Shown piece by piece: positions 1 to 12,626 of a DNA stretch of 64,000 bases. Both the position numbers and the translations under genes were made by a program. This stretch comes from Octopus vulgaris (taxonomy: Eukaryota): NCBI GenBank assembly GCA_951406725.2, contig OX597822.1, positions 85,126,001 through 85,190,000 of the forward strand. The letters run 5' to 3'. A model generated the notes under the pieces. It saw nothing but the letters and a program-made list of their open reading frames with translations. It did not search any database and was not told the DNA's origin. How positions within the stretch are numbered: position 1 is the first letter of the stretch; the number at the start of each line of letters is the position of its first letter.

Positions 1-316
1 TTATTGATATTCATAATCAATCGTCACTGTTTTCTGTCTATTTCTACATCTGAATAAACTGAGATGGCGTATGTTCTGCTGATGAGGTTTAACAAGAATG
101 AAACATGTTCACTAATTTCACCAGTTGCCATTAAGTACAACGACTTCTTTCTACATTGTCTTTATAAAAATTCATATCAACTGATATTAATGGAATTATC
201 TCCATTGTTTGTTGGTTATAGAATTTAAAATCCCTTTCATGCGAAGTTTTTAACTATTAATCGCAAAGATAATTGAAACTGCTCGTCTCACTGTATTACA
301 TATGTCAGATCTTGTG

Positions 317-377
317 CAGTGGTCCCCAACCTGTGGTCCGCAAAGGTAGTACTGGAGATCCGTGAACTAAATTCAAA

Positions 378-384
<7 letters not shown>
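317..384 (+). mobile_element. hAT-type MITE end, broken off at a (TA)n tract
   Basis: Starts CAGTGGTCCCCAACC, a typical hAT/Charlie-type TIR; the same family occurs inverted at about 41830-41907 (ends CAGGTTGGGAACCACTG). Confidence 0.55.
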
Positions 385-421
<37 letters not shown>

Positions 422-423
<2 letters not shown>

Positions 424-644
424 TAAAAAATTAATGAGTGCGTGCGTTATATAAATATTTTCAGGAGTAAATAAAAAATGACAAACGGAAAATATGACAT
501 ACCTATACATATAATTAAAAAAAAAACGTGTAGTAAATAAACGGACGAACAGAAAATACAGAAGGTCACCAATTCTTCATCAGTTATCAGCCAGAGGGTA
601 AAACGCAATTTCGGCCATTATCGATAATATTGCTTCTACTCCGG
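422..644 (-). mobile_element. Non-coding Penelope-pLTR-like/retrozyme-like fragment ending in (TA)n
   Basis: Minus strand: hammerhead core strands, then a U/G-rich tract running into (TA)n at 385-421; same layout as the elements at 4.4, 15.1 and 62.7 kb. Confidence 0.55.
575..644 (-). ncRNA. Rearranged hammerhead-ribozyme-like motif
   Basis: Minus strand CCGGAG-UAGAA-GCAA-UA|UUAUCG-AUAAUGGCC-GAAA-UUGC-GUUUUACC-CUCUGG-C-UGAUAA-CUGAUGA; stem III GCAAU/AUUGC, stem I UUAUCG/UGAUAA. Confidence 0.65.
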
Positions 645-782
645 AGTTCAAATTCCACTGAAGTCGACCTCGCTTTTCATCCTTTCAGAGTCGATAAAAT
701 AAGTACCAGTTTAACACTGAGGTCGTTGTGATCGACTAAGCTCCCTCCTAAAAATGTCTGCCCATGTGGCGAAATTTGAAAC

Positions 783-785
<3 letters not shown>
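644..785 (+). mobile_element. tRNA-derived SINE family A, 5'-truncated, (ATT)n tail
   Basis: B-box-like GAGTTCAAATTCC, then the family body GTCGAC..CTTTTCATCCTTTC..GTCGATAAAATAAGTACCAG seen in many copies here. Confidence 0.8.
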
Positions 786-813
<28 letters not shown>

Positions 814-1371
814 GAGTGAGAGAGCATTGCAAGCCATCAAAGTGACACTGGGGTAAAATATTCGAAGTCCAGTATACCCGCCATGACTACCCGTCTGATA
901 AGGGTAAACCAGGCACATACATCACAACCATATGTGTGCGACATGGTGATCTCATATCAAGATAAACAGCGCATGATATTGCAGGTGGGGCCCAGTTAGT
1001 ATTTTCTTCAGGTCAAGTAGCCCATCCCGCTTAAAAAGTTCTCTGAATAAGGGTTATTTAAGGGGGTTGAATGAAACACCGATATCTCTAGAGGTGAATT
1101 ATCCAAACCCCAAAGAATTCCTTTCAACACACGGCTATGACACTCCTCCACTACTTCTGCTCGTGATCAGAAATGCACATGTCGTCAACCACTAAGGGAC
1201 ATGATCAACTGGTTAAGGTTAAGCAACTGACATTGAACAGAATATTTGCATTGAACAGAATATTTGCTCGAGCCTGTCTTTTATACCAAGACAAAACAAT
1301 GTACATGATAACACTTCTAATTAGTTAAGATGAAAAGCCACGAAAGCCTCTGCCTGGTACTGAATCAGGGC

Positions 1372-1373
<2 letters not shown>
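814..1373. mobile_element. ~555-bp non-coding element inserted in (ATT)n, copy 1
   Basis: Highly similar to 1463-2017 and 37964-38496; both ends abut trinucleotide tracts. Confidence 0.85.
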
Positions 1374-1447
<74 letters not shown>

Positions 1448-1462
1448 GTTATTGTTGTTATT

Positions 1463-2017
1463 GAGTGAGAGAGCAGTGCATGCCATCAAAGTGACACTGG
1501 GGTAAAATATACGAAGCTCAATATACCCGTCATGACTACTCGTCTGATAAGGGTACACAAGGCACATGCATCACAACCATATGTGTGCGACATGGTGATC
1601 TCATATCAAGATAAATAGCATATGACCTTGCAGGTGGGGGCCCAGTTAGAACTTTCTTCTGGTTGAGTAACCCATCCCGCTCAAAAGGTCCCTGAATAAG
1701 GGTTGTTTAAGGATGTTGAACGAAACACCCATGTTTCCAGAGGTGAATTTTTCAAACCCTAAAAAAATGCCTCTCAACACATGGCTATGATGCTCCCCCA
1801 CTACTTCTGCTCGTGATCAGAGATGCACATATCGCCAGCCACTAAGGGACATGCTCAACTGGTTAAGGTCAAACAACTGACAAGCAAATCTGTGGTACTG
1901 AGCAGAATATTTGCTGTAGCCCATCTTTTATACCAAGACAAAACAATGTATATACCACTTCCAATCAGTTAAGATGAGAAGCCATGAAAGCCACTGTCTG
2001 GTACTGCATCAGGGCAT
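1463..2017. mobile_element. ~555-bp non-coding element inserted in (ATT)n, copy 2
   Basis: Same termini GAGTGAGAGAGCA...ATCAGGGCAT as copy 1, separated from it by about 90 bp of (ATT)n. Confidence 0.85.
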
Positions 2018-2462
2018 TCATTATTATTATTATTATTATTAGTTCGTTTCAAGGAACGACGCTGGTGCCCCAGTATGAAGACAACCGACAAGCTGGAATC
2101 AGAGAATAGGTAAGGTTTTAGAAAAAAAGTGATGAGTTGCTATAGGTTGCCTGTTCGGTAAGCAACACCCCCTTAACACTCTGTTATTTCTTCCTCCCTC
2201 TCCTCCATCTCGTCTCACGCCTCTCACAAACACTTTTTGTTCATTGGGGTTTGTGAGGTGGGGGTGGGGGGTGTTCCGTAGTCTTCGTTTCTATACCGAT
2301 ATGAAGACGCATATATCTACGTGCTATTACATCTACACGTATACAAATACGGCCGACTGACAGTTAGAAATAGCTACCAACTCGCCCTTAAAAACCACAG
2401 CCTACTGTCTCATACACATGATGCAATCTAATTTAATCTAAGAAGAGAGAGGATGGATGGTC

Positions 2463-2663
2463 ATGAGGCAATTTCTACTCTTCTCCTCTGGAAGCCATCT
2501 ACTCGCAATACCAGAGGGCGCACACTCCCCTACCCTGATGTAATCTCCAGGGATACAGGCATCCAGCAACAGGACCTCCGTAATGCCATGATGGACCGTG
2601 AAGTCTGGCGTAGCATGGTAAATTCCATTGTCTCGACCACGGTCGAACAATGATGATGATGAT
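2463..2663 (+). mobile_element. 3' end of an RTE/RTE-X-type LINE
   Basis: Translates EAISTLLLWKPS..RGRTLPYPDVISRDTG..LRNAMMDREVWRSMV, stop, then a (TGA)n tail. Confidence 0.75.
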
Positions 2664-2756
2664 AGTGTTCCCAAATGAGAGCTGACCTGAAGTTAAACAA
2701 TAACAAAATATGCAGTAATTAAGTAATTTTAGATGGATGAGCGCCATTACATAGAA

Positions 2757-2887
2757 ACATACGTACGTACATACATACATACACACATACATACATACAT
2801 ACATACATACATACGTACGTACGTACGTACATACATACATACATACATACATACATACATACATACATACATACATACATACATACA

Positions 2888-2916
<29 letters not shown>
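2757..2916. repeat. (ACAT)n microsatellite
   Basis: Direct inspection. Confidence 0.95.
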
Positions 2917-2918
<2 letters not shown>

Positions 2919-3074
2919 GTGTGTGTATCTGTATCGAGGGAATGTATTTTTATGTATAAAGACTATGAAAGTTTAACTAATGAACCACTTGGTACTTGAA
3001 AGAGGTGGCTGTACCTTTATCGGCCACACGGAGGTAGATACAGAGATAAATAGACGAATACAGAGAGAGAGAGG

Positions 3075-3106
<32 letters not shown>

Positions 3107-3771
3107 TGGAGGGATGAAAGAAGAGAGCGGGACAGACAGACAGTAGGCAGAGCTAAGTCGGGTACACACACCCTCCTCTTGTCTCATAAATACCCCTACA
3201 CGAACACAACTCTAAGAGGCTGTGTTTGAAATACGGGTGTAGGCACACACAAAGCACTCCTACAAAGTACAGAGCTATTGAGCTTTCTCTTTCTCTTCCC
3301 CTCCCTCTCTCTCTCTCTACCTCTTCCTCTCTCTCTCTCTCTCTTTCCCCCTCGCTCTAAATATTGCCCTATTACCGCTGCGAGAACCACCACGACCACT
3401 ACGGCCAACTGTCGCCATCGCCACCATTATAATTTTGACTGCTAGAATCTCCCACTACCTTAGCATCTCTTACTGCTTCTCCTCCCCCACCTCCAGCTGC
3501 GACTGCTGCCGCGTCCACTACTACTGTTGCTGTTGCTGCTACTGCTACTACTCGTTCGGCGTCACACTATGTATGTGTGTGTTTTATCTTTTCCTCGTTT
3601 CAGTCATTGGATTGTGGTCATACTGGAGCAACGCCTTGAAGTCACTGAAACAAATCGATCCCAGAGCCTATCATTTTCAAATTCTGGTACCTGTTCTATC
3701 GGTCTCTTTTGCTGAAACTGCTAAGTCGCTCGAACATAAACAAACCAACGCCTGTTGTTAAGCAGGAGTAA

Positions 3772-3822
<51 letters not shown>

Positions 3823-3829
3823 CACAAAA

Positions 3830-4163
3830 GCGTGGCTGTGTGGTAAGAAGCTTGCTTTCCAACTATATGGTTTCGGGTTCAGTTCCACTGCGTGGCACCT
3901 TGGGCAAGATGGGTGGATTTTGGTAGACAGAAACTGAAAGAAGCTTCTCGTATATGTGTGGTTGTGTGTGTCTGTGTTTGTTCACTCACATCCCTTGACA
4001 ACCGATGTTGGTGTGACTCCGTCCCCGTAACTTAGCGGTTCGGCAAAAGAGACCGATAGAATAAGTACTTGGCTTACAAAGAATAAGTCCTTGGGTCGAT
4101 TTGTTCGACTAGAAGGCAGTGCTCCAGCATGGCCGCGATCAAATGACTGAAGCAAGTGAAAGA
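3830..4163 (+). mobile_element. tRNA-derived CORE-like SINE family B, internally deleted
   Basis: Head GTGGCTGTGTGGTAAG...GGTTCAGTTCC, CORE-like ACCTTGGGCAAG, tail CCAGCATGGCCGC..AAATGACTGAAGCAAGT. Confidence 0.85.
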
Positions 4164-4201
<38 letters not shown>

Positions 4202-4305
4202 GTGACGGACTTCTGCACAGTTTCCATTTCCCAAATTCACTCACAGGGTTGCAAAGCGAGCTTCTGAACCGTACAGTCATAAAGGCATGCATCTATGTAT
4301 GCGTC

Positions 4306-4389
<84 letters not shown>

Positions 4390-4517
4390 GCTAGCTAGCT
4401 AGCTAGCTATCCTCACACACACACACACACACACACACATAAAGATTTTAAAATTGCACAGAAGGATGACAAAGGACCACACGGAAAAGTCACACCCAAG
4501 ACACGGACATGTTCTTT

Positions 4518-4585
4518 CTTTATCAGTTATCTTCTAAAAATCATAACAGTTTCGCGTCTTTAACGATAAGATTTGTTCCTTTTGG
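4518..4585 (-). ncRNA. Decayed rearranged hammerhead-like motif
   Basis: Minus strand AACAAA-UC|UUAUC-GUUAAAGACGC-GAAA-CUGUU...GAUAA-CUGAUAA; stem I intact, core G8 mutated, stem III imperfect. Confidence 0.45.
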
Positions 4586-4950
4586 TGGGGACAACAGCAA
4601 AAAAAAAAAGAAAAAAAAAGCTGCTGGGAATATATGAGCGAATGTAAAGGACGGTCATGAAAACAAATACGACACAGGTAGTTGGTATTTATGTAAATAT
4701 ACATACAAAATAGAGGGTCTTGCGGCTATGAGAAGGAAGTGTGTGTGTTTGTGCAGAGAGAGAGAGGAGATAGATAGATACATGCATACATACATACATA
4801 CATAATACGTACATACATATATACATGCATAATACGTACATACATACATACATACATACATACATACATACATACATACATACATACATACATACATACA
4901 TGCATGCATGCATGCATACACAATTCTTTTATTATTTTCATTAATTTTAA

Positions 4951-5152
4951 GGCGGCGAGCTGGCAGACTTGTTAGCACGCTTAACAGTATTTTGTCTGTT
5001 TTTACGTTCTGAGTTCAAATTCCGCCGATTTCGTCTTTGCCTTTTTATCTTTTCGGAGGTGGATAAGGTAAGTACCAGTTGCGTTCTGGGGTAGATGTGA
5101 TCGACTAATCCCCACCTCTCCCCAATTTCTGATTATAGTAGAAAGGATTATT
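4951..5152 (+). mobile_element. SINE family A, near full length
   Basis: Head GGCGGCGAGCTGGCAGA, B box GAGTTCAAATTCC, tail ATAGTAGAAAGGATTATT. Confidence 0.85.
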
Positions 5153-5955
5153 AATTTTTTCGGCCGTTAAACTGTGGCCATGCTGGGGTCCCGCCTTTTA
5201 GCGCCAAGGGAAGCAACTCGTGCACCATTTCATACCGGTATAGACAACTACAGTGACCGCTATGAGTTCACTCGGCCTGATAAAGATAGAAACCAACATT
5301 TTTTTCAAATGATATCCATACAATGTGTGTGCGTGTGTACGTGTACGTGTGTGTGTGTGTTTGCACCCCACACCGTTTGACAACCGGTGCTGGTTTATTT
5401 ACGTCCCTGTTATATAACGGTTCGACAAAAAGGCGCGATAGAGCAAGTACTGGTATCGATATTCATTCGACTAAAAATTCTTGAAGGCGGTACCCCAGCA
5501 TGGCCGCAGTCTAATGACTGAAAGAAATGTAAAAAAAAGATATTGAAAGAGACAGAACTGTTACACCCCCCCCCCCATCAGTATTCCATCACCTCCCACC
5601 ATTACCTTCTCATAGAACTCTGGTTGATACCATGTACAAACATACTTGTGGTTTTTCATCCGCCTCCCTTTCCACATCTCTCTCCTCACTTTTCCTCTCT
5701 CTCTCACTCTCTCTCTTTCTACCTCTCCCTCTCTAGTTATCTATCAGTCTATCTCCATACCTCTCTTTATCTCTTAGTTTCTTTCCAGCCTTTAGTTTTT
5801 TTCTTCCTTCCTTCTCTCAGACTTTAAAACTTATTCCTCTTCTGATCCATTCACACTGTTATTCCTCTCTATTCTGTTATTCCTCTTATTCTGTTATTCC
5901 TCTTATTCTGTTATTCCACTCATTTTGCTCCCTTACGTATATTCGTGCTTGTGAA

Positions 5956-6257
5956 GGCGGGTGGCTTAATGGTTACGCTAGTCGGCTCACGATCGTAAGG
6001 TTCTGAGTTCGACACCCAGCCCCGAATTGTGTCCTTGAGCAAGACGCCCTACTTCTCATTGCTCCAGTCCACTCGGCTGGCAAAAATATGTAATACCTCT
6101 AATTCAAAGGGCCAGCCTTGTCGCGCTGAATCCCTATGAGAACTACGTTAAGGGTACATGTGTCTGTGGAGTGCTCAGCCACTTGCACCTTAATTTGACG
6201 AGCAGGGTGTTCCGTTGATTGGATCAACTGAAACATTCGTCATCGTAACCGACGGAG
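5956..6257 (+). mobile_element. tRNA-derived CORE-like SINE family C
   Basis: A box GTGGCTTAATGG, B box GAGTTCGAC, CORE-like GTGTCCTTGAGCAAGAC; second copy at 56428-56742. Confidence 0.85.
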
Positions 6258-7032
6258 GACCAGTTCATATGCGTGCATACGCGCGCGAGCACACACATAG
6301 GCATAGGCGTGGCTGTGTAGTTAAGAAATGGCTCCCGTACCACGTGGTCTTGGGTTCAGTCCCACGGCGGGAAAGCCCGTGTGTGTGTGTTATGTTTGTC
6401 TTGCAAAACCGCTTGGCAACCAATGTTTCCTTGCGGTTTGGCAAATGAAACCGATAAAATAACTAGTGGGGTCGACTTGTTCGATGAAACCCTTTAGGGT
6501 GGTCCGTCAATATGCTACCCCGCCCACCACTCACCACACACACGTTGTCGATATATCATTCATAACCGAAACCAATTTATGACTTTCGTTTTTTACCCCA
6601 TTCTTATCACTCTCTCTCTCTCTCCCTCTTTCTCTCTTCTCCTTCTCATTTTATTATCATCAAATCTCTCGCTCTCTCCTTTCCTTTTCTTTCTTTTTCT
6701 TTTTCTTTCTGTTCCTTTTCTTTGCTAACAGCAACATCAGAGCGAAGATTAAAAAAACAAAAAAACCCAGAAACATTATAGATAAAATTATACAGCTTCC
6801 TTGCTGCTGGATACGGAATCACTTCATTGGCTACGATAGTCTCTATATCTCTCTATCTCACATACACATACACACACTCTCTCTCTCCCTCTCTCCCCCT
6901 CTCATATGAATTTTCACTTGTCACCACCAGATGTCATTCATTGTACAACTATCGTTTATCGTAACTGAAACACCATAGTTTATCCAACAACATTACTATC
7001 ACCACCACCAACAACAACAGCAACAACAGTTG

Positions 7033-7395
7033 AGGCGCAATGGCCCAGTGGTTAGGGCAGCGGACTCGCGGTCGGAGGATCGCGGTTTCGATTCCCAGAT
7101 TGGGCGTTGTGTGTGTTTATTGAGCAAAAGCACCTAAAGCTCCTCGAGGCTCCGGCAGGGGTGGCGGCGACCCCTATTGTACTCTTTCGCCCCAACTTTC
7201 TCTCACTCTTTCTTCCTGTTTATTGACCCCGACTTCCTACGCAACCGCTGAGCCTGGATGCGCATTCATTCATCCGTCGATGCTCTCGGTGTCGGGGGTT
7301 GACCTGCTTCCTCTTCTGCGGGTCTTACGAATAGCAAAGGACCACGTTTCGGACTTCTCCCATCTTGCGAGCTCTGGGACGAAGACCGCTTCGCT
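7033..7395 (+). mobile_element. GC-rich tRNA-headed SINE in a (CAA/CAG)n tract
   Basis: GGCGCAATGGCCCAGTGGTTAGGGC..GGTTTCGATTCCC head followed by about 290 bp of non-tRNA body. Confidence 0.75.
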
Positions 7396-7589
7396 CAACA
7401 GCAACAGCAACAGCAACAACAGCATTATTATAATAGCTCACAAATCTATCTAAAAAATAAAGAAACCTATAATAGCTCACAACCAGCCTTTACGACTTGC
7501 TGAAAATAGCAGTAAAATCTAACTCAAAACGAATATATCAGGTATTGTAGTTTAGACCAGAGGTGAAGAAAAAAAATAATGAGATTTTT

Positions 7590-8137
7590 AATGCTTTATT
7601 TCTTTCAGTCACTGGACTACGACTATGCTGGAGCACAATCTTAAAGGGTATTTATTCGATTGGGTGTCTTTTGCCGAACCGCTAAGTTACGAGATGTTAG
7701 CAAACCAATCCCAGTAGTGGTGGTAGGACTAGCACAAACATAAAGCCGCGCACATACGCATACACTTGTATATACGAAAGGATTCCACGCAGTTTCTGTC
7801 TACGAAATCTTTTCGCATGACATTGGTCGGCCCGAAGCTATTATAAAAGACATTTACCCAAACTGCTACGTAATAGGACTGAATGCGTGCTTTTTAAATC
7901 ACACACACATACATACATATATACATACATACATACATACATACATACATACACACATACATTTATATATATGTACGACGGGCTTCTTTCAGTTTCCGTC
8001 TACCAAATCCACCCACAAGGATTTAGTCGGCCCAAGGTTATAGTAGAAGGCACTTGCCCAAGATGCCACGCAGTGGGACTGAACCCGGAACCATGTGGTT
8101 GGTAAGCAAGCTACTTACCACTTAGCCACTCCTGCGC

Positions 8138-8140
<3 letters not shown>
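7590..8140 (-). mobile_element. Two SINE family B copies/fragments
   Basis: Reverse complement of the family B tail and body (7590-7880) and head (7970-8140). Confidence 0.8.
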
Positions 8141-8205
<65 letters not shown>

Positions 8206-8689
8206 CACACATAATCAGGCTGGAGTCTGGTACAGCCTTCCGGCTTGCCAGCCCTGGTCAAACTGTCCAACCCATGCCAGCATGGACAACAGACGTTAAA
8301 TGATGATTATGATGATATATATGTATGTATGTATGTACCTGTGTGTGTATGCGTGTGTTTGTGTGAACGTGCACACATAAATACACACGTACAATGTATA
8401 TGAACGATAATTGACAAATATAGGTCTATAAAATATACAACATAAACTCTTGATATATTAAAATAACCTCATACATACACACACACACACAAACATACAT
8501 GCCTACATGCATACATACATATACACATACATACATGATTTGTGTTTGTCACTTCTTGTCAGATGACAGCCGTTTCACATGCAGCCTGGTTGTTCTGATT
8601 TACCTTCATTCTTGCATGTGCGCCGATCATTACGCACCCATCGCTATGGGACTTTACAAAATACAAAACGGATCAAGAAATGAAATGAT

Positions 8690-9066
8690 AGCAAGACATC
8701 TGTACGTCGCTGGGTTTAAGTGACAACAGTTTGTACAACCTTTTGTCCCTCTTTCGGTGACCAGAGCCAGTTCCAATGACAAGCATGGCTCTAAGATGCA
8801 TTTGGACTGGCAATGTCTTCATCAGAATATCTTTCTCCTTGAAGAGCTGCCTTCCTCACGGGTTTGTCAAAGATATCGAGAGCTTCCTCTGTCCCTGGGA
8901 AAATCTCTTTAATTCATAGATGGGATCCTGACAGGTGCCACCGTTCCGGACAGAATGGACTTGGATGTCATGTTAATTAAGAGGTGACTCTACGTTCCCT
9001 ACAACTCCAGAAATCCCAAACTGGGGCCTCACCACCGGATGTCATTTGCTGTCATATCTAACACCT
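8690..9066 (-). mobile_element. Decayed RTE-type LINE 5'-UTR-like region
   Basis: Minus strand resembles RTE 5' leaders (..AAGGCAGCTCTTCAAGGAGAAAG..); recognised by resemblance only. Confidence 0.4.
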
Positions 9067-10029
9067 ACTTACATGCATACATACATTACATAATATATGA
9101 CGATGATGATGATGATTACATTACATACATATATACAAGTTATTACATCTGTACTTTACCAGTTGTAATAACTTGTCCTGTACTTTTCCAGGTTTATAAT
9201 CTTAAGAATATTATTTCTCTTGCTCGTATTTTTCCATGTAATCCATGTTTTTTCCAGGCTATGCTATTATGCTAATTAATGATGTGTCAAATATGTCATT
9301 TAGCAGTGACGTTGATAATTTTTTCCTTACCTCAACAATGCCTGTGACATATACCAAAATCCCTTAGAACTATATTCATGAAAAAGTATAGAACTATATT
9401 ATCACCCTCAAATTAACTTTTTTCTTTTAAAACTTCATTGCATGAGATTAATACCATGAAATTCCTCGAACTGAGCTCTATCATTTAAGCTTAATTAAAA
9501 TAGTTTGTTTTTAAACTAAAAAAAGTTAATTATACTTAAATCCAATTTTTGGCCTTATGTTTTTTTCATATTTTACCTCACAACTTTTCTGATAGACATT
9601 TTTGTTGCATAGGAACAAAACTATGAAATTCCCCACACTTTCTTCTATCATTGAAACTAAGATAAATTTATTTTGCTTTTAAAATAAAAAAAAGTATTTT
9701 TAGATCTAAACTTGATTGGTGGCGTTATTTACTCTCCTATAACGCTACTACAAATTTTGGTGTAAAATTTTTCTACTGGACGAAATTTCATTTCTTTTTT
9801 TTTATGCCAAAAATGCAGCAGTCCTTTTCAAAAATGTTAATGGTTTTCAATTTGGTTAAGAACTAAATTAGCGACAAGCCCTGAAAGATGCTGCATGTGA
9901 GTAAATTGCGGCCTCAAGTATATTATTCAACTATTACCGTAATTGAATGACATATTTCTATATAATTTAATATTAAACCCATTATATATGTGTGTGTATG
10001 TATGTATGCATGTATATATATGTATATTA

Positions 10030-10264
10030 CCAGTACCGGTGGCACGTAAGCGAACCATCCGAACGTGACCGTTGCCAGCGCCGCCCCGACGGGCCTCCGT
10101 GCCGGTGGCACGTAAAAAGCACCCACTACACTCACGATGTGGTTGGCGTTAGGAAGGGCATCCATCCGTAGAAACATTGCCAGATCAGACTGGGCCTGGT
10201 GCAGCCTTCTGGCTTCCCAGACCCCAGTAGAACCGTCCAAGCGGACGCTAAATGATGATGATGA

Positions 10265-10266
<2 letters not shown>
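10030..10266 (+). mobile_element. SINE 3' portion with (TGA)n tail
   Basis: GTGGTTGGCGTTAGGAAGGGCATCC..GTAGAAAC motif and ..ACGCTAAATGATGATG end; related 3' end at 8213-8315. Confidence 0.7.
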
Positions 10267-10316
<50 letters not shown>

Positions 10317-10779
10317 ATGTATGTATGTATATGTATGTATGTATGTGTATATATGTATATATATGTATGTATGTATGTATGTATATATGTATATATGTAT
10401 ATATGTATATATATGTATATATGTATATATGTATATGTATGTATGTATGTATGTGTGTGTGTGTGTAATTTGCTTGAAATATAACAATGTGCAAATGATG
10501 CTAATATTTTCAAGAAATCCTTTAGGCAAAATATTTTGAGAGGTTACGCAGTGTATATTGTGATGCCAATAAGTGTAGACAAATAGAAGAGATTGTAGGA
10601 CCCTATATAATTTAACTGTCCTGTAGTATTTCGGGTAATATTCTTTTCATCAAATATCTGATAGAAAATATTCAACGAGCTGGAAGAAAACGTGTTATTA
10701 TCGGCAGGCCATTCTGAATTCTTACTGTAACATAAGATCGTCTGGGATGACAGACAGAAAGATGTTCATGTGTGTTTTA

Positions 10780-11290
10780 AAAGCATCGACTAATATTCTA
10801 TGCAGAGCAATGTATTGAAGTGATGTTGGTCTTTGAAAACTAAGCTGCTACGGTATCGGATCCTCACTGTAAATGGTGGAAACGTTGATAATCAGCAATG
10901 GCTTGCACTTCTTGGACTTGTGTGGATTCCAATCCCAAATTTCGTGCCAGACCCTCAAAGATTTTCCTCATATTCATTACAGCTTATCTTTCGTATCTTT
11001 CTCGTTTTCCCCGAAGGATGCTGAGACTCAGTTTTTTCAGACTCCCACCGGTTCATCTTTTATATTCATGCAATATTTTTTGAATTCTCTCTAGTTCTTC
11101 CGTTAGTTTGACCCAATATACCGACCAAAATTGGAATCCGGACTCTAACAATAAATGTCCCCCATCCAAACAGCACCTCACATCCAATCATCGTTCGTCA
11201 TCAACGCTGGCTCTGCTAGGAAGGCCTGGTTTAAAACTACCAGTCCACAAATACCCCGGCTCTTCCGCCATAATTTTACGTTTAAATAAA
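10780..11290 (-). mobile_element. Decayed CR1-like LINE RT C-terminal region
   Basis: Frameshifted pieces FQFWSVYWVKLTEELERIQK and LKKLSLS..KRERYER..RKIFEGL; same family as 14474-14743. Confidence 0.6.
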
Positions 11291-11389
11291 CTCTAATTAT
11301 TTTTATCTGTACAGATAAAGCTAGTTCTCAAACTGTTTATTTGATGAAATACTTAATCACACCGCGAAGGATAGATGTCTGCGTAACCG

Positions 11390-11451
<62 letters not shown>

Positions 11452-11452
<1 letters not shown>

Positions 11453-12056
11453 CCTTTCTACTATAAGCACAAGGCCTTGAATTTGAGTGGATGGAATCAC
11501 ATCGACTCCAGTACTTGACTAGTACTTAATTTATCGACCTCGAAAGAATGAAAGGCAAAGTCGACCTCGGCGGAATTTGAACTCAGGACGTAACGGCAGT
11601 CGAAACACCGCTATGCATTTCGCCCGGCGTGCTAACGATTCTTATTTCTTTATTGCCCACAAGGGGCTAAACATAGAGGGGACAAACAAGGACAGACACA
11701 TGGATTAAGTCGATTACATCGACCCAGTGAGTTACTGGTACTTATTTAATCGACCCTGAAAGGATGAAAGGCAAAGTCGATCTTGGCGGAATATGAACTC
11801 AGAACGTAGCGGCAGACGAAATACCTATTTCTTTACTACCCACAAGGGGCTAAATACAGAGAGGGCAAACAAGGACAGACAAACAGATTAAGTGGATGAT
11901 ATCGACCCCAGTGCGCAACTGGTACTTAATTTATCAACCCCGAAAGGATGAGAGGCAAAGTCGACCTCGGCGGAATTTGAACTCAGAACTTAACGGCAGA
12001 CGACATACCGCTAAGCATCTCGCTTGGCGTGCTAACGATTCTGCCAGCTCGCCGCT
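11452..12056 (-). mobile_element. SINE family A head-to-tail trimer
   Basis: Three successive bodies; full head at 12056, junctions near 11823 and 11640. Confidence 0.9.
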
Positions 12057-12345
12057 TGACGGAAGGAGAGATAATGAAAGAAGCTTTGAAAACAGAATCC
12101 AGCAAGTCACACGGAAAATATATGAAATATTAGAGGAAGTCGATGTTTGGTACGAATACACCACCGCGGGTTGATGTCGATTCTATCCCAACGTTCATAA
12201 CTAGCAACAAACTCTAAAGTGTGTGTACATGTATGTGTGTGTATATATATAAATATATAATTAAATTCTAATTAATTCTAATGTACTCTCTGTGCATTTT
12301 CAACTTCATTTTTTTGTATTCCTCCACTTGTTTGGATTAATAACG

Positions 12346-12419
<74 letters not shown>

Positions 12420-12587
12420 GTTTACCTGTGAGTATGTGTGTGTGTGTGTATGTGTAGTTCCTACATGTGTGTGTGATTAGTGCCACTCCTTAATTACTGT
12501 TCAAATTCTAAATTCCATAACTCACTCTGATAAGCAACTTGCTAAAATGTTCTCAGATACGGAAGTGAATTTCTCATCATAACCTCG

Positions 12588-12626
<39 letters not shown>

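Noticed and set aside
76-113. CTGATGA...GAAACATGT hammerhead-like spacing
   Set aside because: Palindromic stem III is present but stems I and II barely pair; at best a fossil.
5861-5925. 17-bp tandem repeat TTATTCTGTTATTCCTC
   Set aside because: Ordinary short minisatellite.
7033-7105. tRNA gene
   Set aside because: A and B boxes are present but there is no closed acceptor stem and it continues into a SINE body; the same applies to the family B and C heads.
11452-12056. CRISPR-like regular repeats
   Set aside because: These are SINE multimers without unique spacers; eukaryotic context and no cas genes.
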